From an uncultured bacterium (GTDB lineage: Bacteria > CSSED10-310 > CALFER01), in NCBI GenBank assembly GCA_964472395.1, contig CAYYMM010000003.1:13662-77661 (forward strand): a stretch of 64,000 nt of DNA, given 5' to 3'. The position numbers and the translations under genes are program-made. Each line of letters starts with the position of its first letter. Within the stretch, counting starts at the first letter, position 1. The notes under the pieces were generated by a model that did not search any database, was not told the origin of the DNA, and was given only the letters and a program-made list of their open reading frames with translations. Positions 56,701 through 64,000 of the stretch are shown here, piece after piece.

Positions 56701-58581
56701 GCCGTGATCTGGTTCTTTGCGCATGAATATCCGATGTTGCAGGAACCGGAGAGAACCGTAATCGAAGCCTATATCAATGACGGCGGCAAACTGCTGATCA
56801 CCGAACAGGATATCGGTTGGGCTCTTGTCGAAAAGGGCACTTCAGAATCGATGAGATGGTATCACGATGTGTTGAAGGCCGCTTACATAACCGATGGGGT
56901 GGATCAACGGATCGTGGATGGGATTGCGTCCGATCCTGTCAGCGATGGATTGTCATTTTCGATCGAATCGGGAAGCGGAGCCCAGAATCAGGATTACCCC
57001 AGTCTGATCGCTCCAGTGGATGATGCGACGGCCTGCTTTGTTTACAGGGATTATCCGGGACCTGAATCCGGTGTGGCCGGGGTTCGCGCTGATCATACCG
57101 GGGGCGGAAAACATGTGTATCTCGCGTTCGGGTTTGAAGGAATTGACTCGCAACAGAATCGGAGCGACGTCATGGATTCCATCATGACATGGTTCGGCAT
57201 TCCGAAAACCGGCCGGTCATGCCCGTGGAACCAGTCACCGGGATGGTGGATAGGGCCGGAAACACAATCTCCCAACGCCCACACCTACTCGGTTTACTGC
57301 CCGGCGGATCGCATGGTCTATTCGATCGGCGGAGTGAGTGCGAACAACATACTCGACCCGTCCATCTATTACATCGATCCGGAGATGATGACATCAGGAG
57401 ACACCGGTGTCGACCTCGAAACACCCCGGATTCTTCATGCTCAGGCATGTCTGCATGATGGAACGGGATACAAGATCTACATCGCCGGAGGGATGGACAC
57501 CCAGATCCCGATCTACTCCGTTGAGGTGTTCGATCCGATGACACGGACAATCGAGACATTGACATCGGATCCGATGCCGCCCGATTGCGCGGGTATTCCG
57601 GGGACCTACGTTTCCGCGGATAACAAGTTGTACGTAATCGGAGCATGGCAATGGTTGACGTTTCTGACCGGAACGACATGGCAGTTCGACCCGCTCGCTC
57701 CGGCAGGACAGCGCTGGAGCACCCTTCCGGCGTCTCTCAACGTGCTTCGATACTCGGGAGCCGCTGCCGCGCTCGATGGAAAAATCTACGTCATCGGCGG
57801 CTATTCCGCTGAGGAGGATGGATCCGGGAATGTGACTGAACATCTTCACCAGACCGTCGAAGTCCTCGATCTTGGAAACGTGTCCGGAGGCTGGAACGAT
57901 ACCGCTGTCGCCGATATTCCGGAACCGCTGTTGTTCGGAAGCGCATGTGGAGTCCCGAGCGGAGCGAATTCGCAACTTGCAGGATCCATCGTCGTTTCTC
58001 GTGGCTGGCCGATCGGAGGTCATGATCTGACGTATATCTATCATCCCGACAGCGACACATGGGAAGAGTTTTACGCAACGCAGGAGACGCGATTGAACCG
58101 AGGCCATCTGGCATATATTCCGACCTCCCGAGGTCCCGAACTGTGGTTGATCGGTGGGCATTTCGAGACGATTTACCAGAACACGGAAATCCTGCGCCTC
58201 GGTTTCAATCCGAATGGGCCGTACATCGGAATCCGCACGAACGAATCCGGCATCTGCTCAGGGATTCCTCTTCGAATCGAACTCGATCTCCATGGAAGCC
58301 CCTCCGAAGCTCCGATCGACTGCTATATCGCCCTCGAAGCCTATGGACTGTTTTACTTCTTGGTGCCGGATCCTTCGTTCCCCACATTCGTGTCCGCACC
58401 TGAACCGCTCTTCGCACATGCATCGATTCCCCGAGATTTCAGTTACTCGGGCCCGATTCTCGAAATCCCTCTCCCCGCGGATCTCGGACCTTTGAACGGT
58501 TGCTTCTACGCCGCTACGATCCGGAGTGAGTCCGGTCAACTCGACGGCGGGCTGTCATGGACTGACTTTCGGACACTCTAA
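53743..58581 (+). CDS. Giant secreted C25-family (gingipain-like) cysteine peptidase with Ig-like/CARDB-like domains, a Kelch beta-propeller and the shared C-terminal domain
   Basis: GGGAGGTG RBS then MKSMQCLIIGSFFCLSSLASA. C25 propeptide/catalytic region (YVLLVGDASLIPV). Catalytic His NYANHGN and Cys VYSFACLTAAFD. Kelch blades (KIYIAGG, KLYVIGA, KIYVIGGY). C-terminal domain homologous to the other four CTDs. Confidence 0.75.
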   Translation: MKSMQCLIIGSFFCLSSLASAGMHHETISFIADSRPVLASDQIHVAGTSHTLAVSGAPALPMMVRHFNFPIGSRLVDAQIEGITTNRMRLDRPLPVLPPKPIVSNPHQHLQVPPLVRPDVMYPGDWYAIETRGGLDPDTLAPVLSVTVRIYPVRVTDRAAEYLESFTLNLSVDRVDAQATRDTAGMLIIAPQAFLDVMGPFIAHKNSLGITTMTRSAEDILDNGTPGFDFQEQIKKAVYEAYTASSIRYVLLVGDASLIPVRYTFHMDFGGQDGWTNTPSDLYYADLLDASGEYCSWDFDQDGLYGEFNGGNADQCDLLPDVLLGRIPAQTTTELQAVLDKLIAYESLDGSQSWLNRIVLLGADTFTAEEHNEHSGVPEGEALCERLNTDHLSDYATTRLYQTDTYSRDGELTAAAITQAIQAGACIVNYANHGNINVWGWGGRTYSTANVESLDNQEKLPIVYSFACLTAAFDTENPENPGFGIVDRSLGEAFLLKAPGGAAGFFGATRSAFGGGYGYGDHLGAMGYLDWQYFKKIGEGQTAQGRLYLETLTELIQNIGVTGTEEFITALEYIYFGDPSLCISGTPVGPNFDLQYKGINDSSGGNDNRCAEPGETVELIHELSNDGSAASDVSAVLAIEDPDVTIINDTLTIPSAPHGHRAILDPGFQIAIHSDALNHSVFGSITLSTGTHRSTFPVIFNIGVSAFLTADEMFVKADPNNDNYANPGESIQFSPDFHNIGCTDAALFSASVQISDPFVLDYGACSSGALPLIEPGRSACPGGLFWAELDPVTPDQHRIDCRIEIDGPHGFHHELILPLFVNDCTMPVLSQFRVSPENPDPGDSISVTVKAVDGYGVESISADFTSYGSQSITGVTMSDDGLHGDAEAGDGIYGCSLTLPDKLIYYRVDIEATDGAGHSGTRTGIGGVSTIAFESDDPILIVSGAEDDLYLGLYAQALSDAGFRYDVWSYLRGVPSMDVLNRYRNGAVIWFFAHEYPMLQEPERTVIEAYINDGGKLLITEQDIGWALVEKGTSESMRWYHDVLKAAYITDGVDQRIVDGIASDPVSDGLSFSIESGSGAQNQDYPSLIAPVDDATACFVYRDYPGPESGVAGVRADHTGGGKHVYLAFGFEGIDSQQNRSDVMDSIMTWFGIPKTGRSCPWNQSPGWWIGPETQSPNAHTYSVYCPADRMVYSIGGVSANNILDPSIYYIDPEMMTSGDTGVDLETPRILHAQACLHDGTGYKIYIAGGMDTQIPIYSVEVFDPMTRTIETLTSDPMPPDCAGIPGTYVSADNKLYVIGAWQWLTFLTGTTWQFDPLAPAGQRWSTLPASLNVLRYSGAAAALDGKIYVIGGYSAEEDGSGNVTEHLHQTVEVLDLGNVSGGWNDTAVADIPEPLLFGSACGVPSGANSQLAGSIVVSRGWPIGGHDLTYIYHPDSDTWEEFYATQETRLNRGHLAYIPTSRGPELWLIGGHFETIYQNTEILRLGFNPNGPYIGIRTNESGICSGIPLRIELDLHGSPSEAPIDCYIALEAYGLFYFLVPDPSFPTFVSAPEPLFAHASIPRDFSYSGPILEIPLPADLGPLNGCFYAATIRSESGQLDGGLSWTDFRTL

Positions 58582-61500
58582 GAGAGAATCTCCCGCAGTT
58601 TGTCTGAAAGTTGCTGTTTGTTGAAGGGTTTCTGAAGGAAGTGGACATCGGAGCATGAGTCAGGTGACCGAGCCAGTATGTCTTCCGAGTGGCCCGACAT
58701 GCATAGAATCGCGATACCAGGAATCTGGGATCGGAGTCTTTCGACAAGTTCCTTCCCGCTCATACCCGGCATGACCATATCGGTCATCAGAAGATCGATG
58801 TCCGAACCGTGGATATCGGCAATCCGCAGGGCGTCACCAGGAGTCGACGCGGCATGCACCCGATACCCCAGTTTCTCGATCATCAACTGGTAGACGCGCA
58901 GAATCGTCGGATCGTCTTCAACCAGAAGGATCGTCGCATCACGTGCTCGTTCAGGAAGAACCAAATCAGGATGCGGTGCATCATCGGTGTCACCTGTGAA
59001 AACCGGAAGGTGGATATCAAATCGGGAGCCCTGCCCCGGGGCGCTCACGACCGCAATAAATCCCCCATTCTGACGCACGATGCCATAAACGGTCGACAGT
59101 CCCAGACCGGTGCCTCGACCGACCTCCTTGGTCGTAAAAAAAGGCTCGAAGATGCGGGACTTCGTGTCGGGATCCATTCCGATGCCACGATCGATCACCG
59201 ACAATCTGACATACTCGCCAGGTTCCGCATCGGGATGTCGTGATGCAGCGTCCTTTCCGACAACCAGAACATCTGTCCGGATGATGATGCAGGAATGCAG
59301 AGGTGATGCATCCCGGGCATTGATGCACAGATTGGATGCGATCTGCTGGATCTGCGATGCATCGATTTTCACTCTCCCTAATCCGGCTCCCGGTTCCCAG
59401 AGAATCTCATTTTGATCCCCGATCAGGCGATTCAGCAGGCTCATCATACCCCCGAGCGTTTCATTCAGGTCGAGCACTTTCGGGATGATGGGCTGCTTCC
59501 GTGCAAATGCCAGGAGTTGTCGCGTCAACTTCGCCGAATGCTCGGCAGCCTTGAGAATCTCATTGAGTTCGGTCTGTACCGGATGATCCGAATCCAGATC
59601 ATGGATCGCCAGATCCGCGTTGCCGATGATCGTCTGAACCGTGTTGTTGAAATCGTGTGCGATGCCTCCGGCGAGTTGACCGATGGATTCGAGTTTCTGG
59701 ACCTGCGCGAGTTGTTCCCGCAATCGCTCGCGTTCTTCCAGGTTCCGTTTTCGTTCGGTGATATCCAGGAAAAAAACGGCCATCCGGTTCGGCCCCGTGT
59801 GGAATGCATAGATTTCATATGCCCCGCGCAATTCGTCCGATTCGTATACGATCTGATCCAGATTGAAGGGTCGTCCCGTGCGGGCGACCTCACGGTACGA
59901 GTCCGGAATCACCGTATTCACGAGTCCCGGAAAAGCCTCTTCAATTGTTTTTCCGATGTACCCGGAGAGGGGGATTCCGAGAATCGATTCGGCGGATTTA
60001 TTGTATGCCATGAACACGAGACTTCCATCCGGACGGAGTTCATACTGATGCGATCCGAACGGCGCGCCATCAATCAGCGCTCGCAATCGCTCCTCGCTCT
60101 CACGTAAACGCCCTTCCGCCAACTTGCGGTCCGTAATATCGGTGTGAATACCTGCCAACCCGACAATCTGCTCATGTTCATCGAAAATGGCATACGCCTT
60201 CAGCATAACGTGAATGACCCGCCGGGATTTGTCATACATCTCGATCTCACCGCCCCAGGGTCGGCCGCTTCGGATGGTCGTAAACACGTCATCCGCGATC
60301 GATCGATCGACATAAACGTCATGCGGCAGAATACCAATCTCACCGAAAATCGACGTAAATGCGGCATTCTGATAATAGTGAATGCCCTCCGGAGTCGACA
60401 TGGCGATGGCATCCGTCGAGTATTCCACGGACTTCTTGAAAATCAGCAGAGACTCCTCCGTTCGCTTGCTCCTGGTGATGTCTGTATGGAGACCTGCCAG
60501 TCCGATAAGATTACCTTCCTCGTTCATGATCGGATAGGCACGCAACAGAATGTGCAGGATGCTTCGATCCCTGCCATACATCAGAACCTCACCCAACCAG
60601 CAGGCCCCGCTCATGATGCTGTGAAACACCTGCCGTCCGATCGCAGGATCGACATAGAGCGTCGCCGGAGGATCGGAACCGATCTCACCGAACAACTCCG
60701 TAAATGCCGCATTCTGATAGTAATGATACCCGTCCGGTGTGGAAAAACCCACTGCATCCGCCGATTCTTCGATTGATGCCTTGAAGATACGAAGCGATTC
60801 TTCGACCGTTTTCTGTGAGGTGATATCGTATTCGATACCGTTCCAGATTACTGAGCCGTCGTCACGGAATGTCGGAGTCGATACGAACGACGACCACCGG
60901 ACCGAACCATCGGGATTGAACATCCGAACCGTGGCGATCATCGCCTCCCGGTTTTCCAGCGCCGCGTTCTCGGTTTTCACGAGCCGGTCGACGTCCAGGG
61001 GATGAACCCGGCTGTAAACCCGGGTCGGATCCGCCATGGCCTCTTCAACCGTGATCCCGTAAAACCGCTCGACGGACTTGCTGACATAGGTAAAGGATCG
61101 ATCCGTCGCACTCCGATACAGGATCTGGTAAATCATCCCGTTCAACAGATTGTTACTGACATCCCGGAGCTGTTCATCCTTGCTCATCAGTCGAAGACTC
61201 GATTCCTTCAGTTCGTTCCGGTTCCTCGATTGGATCTCGGAATAGGCACACAGCAGATATCCGAACAACAGGCCCAACCCGGATAGTACGAAGAAGGACA
61301 GGTCCGTGTCGCAGTGCTCCCAGGCCTCGCGAATCGGCATTTCCTGATCCGAGAACAGCACTTTGACCGCAATCATGAAAAACCAGGCGACGGTGAAAAT
61401 CAGCGCGGATGCTGCCACGATATACTCGTTGGAACGGGCATGCGGATCCGTTTCGAGTTTCAGGATGCGACGGATCGAGTTCAGCCGGAGCATCGCCAGC

Positions 61501-62060
61501 ACCGCGATCAGGATGTAAAACAGAACGAGACTGTTTTTCAGGATCCAGATATCGATTATTCCATGAGGACCCGAGAACAATCGGGGAGGCGATACATCGA
61601 AGACGAATATCGTGGATGAATCACCCATCCACATGTGAGCGGCGATCCAGAACAGAATAAAAAACACCCAGTGTGACAGCATGGGATGTCGATCAAAACG
61701 CCAATGCGCCGAATCACCATGCAGCGATGCATGCCAGATCAGAAACGCGAAACACAGTGTCAGCGTCCATTGCTGCGCCGGTTCATTCCATATCGGGTGG
61801 AGGTGCATGCTGATCGGGACGTAGACGGTCAGGATCGTGACGAAACCCCAGCGCAAGCCGTAGGCAAACGCGACGAGCAGAGGAAACGCACATGAAACGT
61901 AACAGAATCCATCTATTCCCAACGAATGAATGGCAAGACATATAAAGTACCCTGCCATCCCGAGAGCGATCGAAACAATCCAACGCCACAGTGTATGCGA
62001 AACGGTCCTCCGTGCTTCTTCCATCGATGGATTATAACCTGCAGAGGGCTCAACAAGCAA
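58578..62060 (-). CDS. Hybrid sensor histidine kinase: multi-TM N-terminal sensor, multiple PAS domains, HisKA, HATPase_c, C-terminal REC
   Basis: About 8 N-terminal TM helices, 3-4 PAS repeats, H-box GGIAHDFNNTVQTIIGNADL, GTGLGLSTVYGIV, receiver ILLVEDDP...LLMTDMVMP. Confidence 0.8.
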   Translation of the reverse strand: MLVEPSAGYNPSMEEARRTVSHTLWRWIVSIALGMAGYFICLAIHSLGIDGFCYVSCAFPLLVAFAYGLRWGFVTILTVYVPISMHLHPIWNEPAQQWTLTLCFAFLIWHASLHGDSAHWRFDRHPMLSHWVFFILFWIAAHMWMGDSSTIFVFDVSPPRLFSGPHGIIDIWILKNSLVLFYILIAVLAMLRLNSIRRILKLETDPHARSNEYIVAASALIFTVAWFFMIAVKVLFSDQEMPIREAWEHCDTDLSFFVLSGLGLLFGYLLCAYSEIQSRNRNELKESSLRLMSKDEQLRDVSNNLLNGMIYQILYRSATDRSFTYVSKSVERFYGITVEEAMADPTRVYSRVHPLDVDRLVKTENAALENREAMIATVRMFNPDGSVRWSSFVSTPTFRDDGSVIWNGIEYDITSQKTVEESLRIFKASIEESADAVGFSTPDGYHYYQNAAFTELFGEIGSDPPATLYVDPAIGRQVFHSIMSGACWLGEVLMYGRDRSILHILLRAYPIMNEEGNLIGLAGLHTDITRSKRTEESLLIFKKSVEYSTDAIAMSTPEGIHYYQNAAFTSIFGEIGILPHDVYVDRSIADDVFTTIRSGRPWGGEIEMYDKSRRVIHVMLKAYAIFDEHEQIVGLAGIHTDITDRKLAEGRLRESEERLRALIDGAPFGSHQYELRPDGSLVFMAYNKSAESILGIPLSGYIGKTIEEAFPGLVNTVIPDSYREVARTGRPFNLDQIVYESDELRGAYEIYAFHTGPNRMAVFFLDITERKRNLEERERLREQLAQVQKLESIGQLAGGIAHDFNNTVQTIIGNADLAIHDLDSDHPVQTELNEILKAAEHSAKLTRQLLAFARKQPIIPKVLDLNETLGGMMSLLNRLIGDQNEILWEPGAGLGRVKIDASQIQQIASNLCINARDASPLHSCIIIRTDVLVVGKDAASRHPDAEPGEYVRLSVIDRGIGMDPDTKSRIFEPFFTTKEVGRGTGLGLSTVYGIVRQNGGFIAVVSAPGQGSRFDIHLPVFTGDTDDAPHPDLVLPERARDATILLVEDDPTILRVYQLMIEKLGYRVHAASTPGDALRIADIHGSDIDLLMTDMVMPGMSGKELVERLRSQIPGIAILCMSGHSEDILARSPDSCSDVHFLQKPFNKQQLSDKLREILS

Positions 62061-62063
62061 ACA

Positions 62064-62993
62064 TTACGATCCGTGCGTCTCCTCCAGGGGGATGCAGATA
62101 TCGAACACCCACTTGCCTTCGGGATGATTCTCCGGACTCGAATGATATCGCTCGTAACACGGCCTGTCATCGCATTCATGCCCGTTCTGAACGATCCAGC
62201 GGAACGCCTCATCCCAGGCAGATTGAAAGTTGTCCGCCATGAGTTCAAAGCGGCAGACTGCATACCGCCCACCGGTGATGGTCTGGATATCGATCTGTTT
62301 TTCGGGCTTCATTCCGGGCGGCACGCTGATGCAGGCGTCGACACGGCACTTTTCCGGCGGTGTCACCTCCGGATTGTCCCAGTACACACCGATCATCGTT
62401 CCGGAGTCGATCAGACCTTTCGGCCCCGCCCAGTGCATCAGTTCACCGAACGCCTGCTCACACGTTTCCTTTCCGTACGCTCCCAGTTTCCGCAGATACG
62501 CCACACGATACTCGGGCAAATCCATAATCTTCGCGTGCATCGCCTGTCTCCTTTCCTGAGTCGGCTGGTTGTTGAGCACCATGTCCGCAGAATAGGTGAC
62601 TCTCATGGACAAAGCGTTTCCCGGATTGCTCATTTTGTTTCCAATCCTGCGCATCCGAAACCCGGAAGGCGATACGCCGAAATGCACCCGGAATGCCCTG
62701 GCAAAGTTCTGTGAACTCGAAAAACCATATCGGAAAGCGATTTCGGTCACTGCTTCGCTGCGTTCCGCCATCAGTCGATTCGCGGCAGCCTCCAACCGGA
62801 TCCGACGCGTGAACTCGGAAACGGTCTCGCCGACGACCGCCTTGAAAATCCGATGAAAATGGAACATCGAAAACGAAGCGATCCGCGCGATCTCCTCCAC
62901 GGATAGCTCGCGATCGAGATTCTCGGAGATGAAGTTCATCGCCAGACACACCCTGCGACGATACTCGAGAGCGGTTGACAGCTGGGCTTTCAT
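62064..62993 (-). CDS. AraC-family transcriptional regulator with GyrI-like effector-binding domain
   Basis: N-terminal AraC HTH (EEIARIASFSMFHFHRIFK...FRYGFSSSQNFARAFR). C-terminal GyrI-like/SbmC-like domain. Confidence 0.8.
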   Translation of the reverse strand: MKAQLSTALEYRRRVCLAMNFISENLDRELSVEEIARIASFSMFHFHRIFKAVVGETVSEFTRRIRLEAAANRLMAERSEAVTEIAFRYGFSSSQNFARAFRVHFGVSPSGFRMRRIGNKMSNPGNALSMRVTYSADMVLNNQPTQERRQAMHAKIMDLPEYRVAYLRKLGAYGKETCEQAFGELMHWAGPKGLIDSGTMIGVYWDNPEVTPPEKCRVDACISVPPGMKPEKQIDIQTITGGRYAVCRFELMADNFQSAWDEAFRWIVQNGHECDDRPCYERYHSSPENHPEGKWVFDICIPLEETHGS

Positions 62994-63542
62994 CTACCGA
63001 TTCCTCGCTATCCGATACAGGACGTGCCTCCTCAGCGGATGACCGTCCGGTAGATTGGGATGATCGAAATCGTCCGCTGGATCGTGCTGCATCCCGATAC
63101 GCTCCATGACCCGCCGCGAACGGATGTTGAGGGGAACGGTGAACGACACGATTTCGTTCAGTCCGAGACGATTGAAGCCGAATTCGAGCACGGCGCGTGC
63201 GCCTTCAGTGGCATATCCGTGTCCCCATCGGGAGTGCGAAAGTCTCCAGCCGATCTCGACGCAGGGCATAAAATGGGCCCGGAATGCCGGAACCGACAGA
63301 CCGATGTAACCGCAAAATGATGTCATCGTGGGAATCTCGACCGCCCACAGACCGAATCCGTGCTGCTCGAAATGCCGCTCGATCCGGTCGGCAAACGCAT
63401 CGCTTCCCTCACGATTCAGAACCCCGGGCAGAAACTCACAGACCCGGGGATCCGCGTTCATCGCTGAAAACGGTTCGCGGTCCTCGGCGCGCCATCGCCG
63501 CAACAGCAGCCGATCCGTTCGGATCGATTCACTTCCGGTCAT
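62994..63542 (-). CDS. GNAT-family N-acetyltransferase (RimJ/RimL-like)
   Basis: TDRLLLRRWRAEDREPFSAMNADPRV N-terminus and WGHGYATEGARAVLEFGF motif typical of RimL-type GNATs. Confidence 0.75.
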   Translation of the reverse strand: MTGSESIRTDRLLLRRWRAEDREPFSAMNADPRVCEFLPGVLNREGSDAFADRIERHFEQHGFGLWAVEIPTMTSFCGYIGLSVPAFRAHFMPCVEIGWRLSHSRWGHGYATEGARAVLEFGFNRLGLNEIVSFTVPLNIRSRRVMERIGMQHDPADDFDHPNLPDGHPLRRHVLYRIARNR

Positions 63543-63545
63543 GAT

Positions 63546-64000
63546 TCACCGCCGTCCATACGGGCATACCGCGACACACAGACCGCACACGGCGGTTTCC
63601 GGATTCAACGCTTTCATGTTCTGGAAGTGCCGATCACACGCCGATGCATCGTAGCGGACCGACCGAGGCTCATCCGGCCGGAACGGGGCACCTGTGAAAC
63701 AGTGTGCTGGACATGCGTCCACGCAACGACGGCACTCCCCGCACTGAGGCTCCATGACTTCGCCCGCGGGAGTCAGCGGAGCATCGGTCAGGACGGTTGT
63801 CCAGCGCACTCTCGGTCCCATCTCCGGCGTCACCAGCAGACAGCTCCGGCCGATCCAACCCAATCCCGCGAGATGCGCCGCGAGTTTATGAGAAAAGAGA
63901 CCGCAGATCCGCTCGTCATCGATCCGCCTCGACGCCGGGATCGGGAACGCGCGATACCCCTCCCGCTGAAGATATCCGGCGATCCGTGAAGCGATCTCGT
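63546..64000 (-). CDS. queG: Epoxyqueuosine reductase QueG, C-terminal part (gene continues beyond window end)
   Basis: HKLAAHLAGLGWIGRSCLLVTPEMGPRVRWTTVLTDAPL...CGECRRCVDACP...CGLCVAVCPYG matches the QueG 4Fe-4S region. The reading frame is open to the window edge. Confidence 0.75.
   Translation of the reverse strand, partial: EIASRIAGYLQREGYRAFPIPASRRIDDERICGLFSHKLAAHLAGLGWIGRSCLLVTPEMGPRVRWTTVLTDAPLTPAGEVMEPQCGECRRCVDACPAHCFTGAPFRPDEPRSVRYDASACDRHFQNMKALNPETAVCGLCVAVCPYGRR

Overview
GC-rich (about 60% by eye) bacterial chromosome segment. TolC, MacAB and lipoproteins point to a Gram-negative-type cell, probably from an uncultivated lineage. From left to right the window holds: (1) the right end of an integrative element (helicase, amidoligase, two HTH_17 genes, tyrosine integrase) inserted next to a tRNA-Glu/tRNA-Lys pair; (2) rnhC and a three-gene two-component/phosphorelay cluster; (3) an OXA-type class D beta-lactamase next to a RAYT (IS200-like Y1 transposase) flanked by arrays of a perfect 20-bp palindrome (a REPtron), with the repeats running into a five-gene MacAB-TolC-type efflux operon that has two adaptor genes; (4) a single 1377-aa ORF that fuses a complete topoisomerase III to a complete RecQ helicase; (5) an accessory region with three mosaic Kelch/beta-propeller paralogs interleaved with a DUF4143 ATPase and a Phd-VapC toxin-antitoxin pair; (6) a secretome cluster (GH44-like hydrolase, a 1.6k-aa C25 gingipain-like peptidase, and others). 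Five secreted proteins in (5) and (6) share an unrecognised ~120-aa cysteine-containing C-terminal domain that looks like a cargo-sorting tag. The remaining genes are housekeeping or accessory (Mrp/ApbC, KefB-like antiporter, GNATs, AraC/GyrI regulator, and queG, which runs off the right window edge). Many long ORFs in the track are antisense artefacts of the high GC content and were not called.
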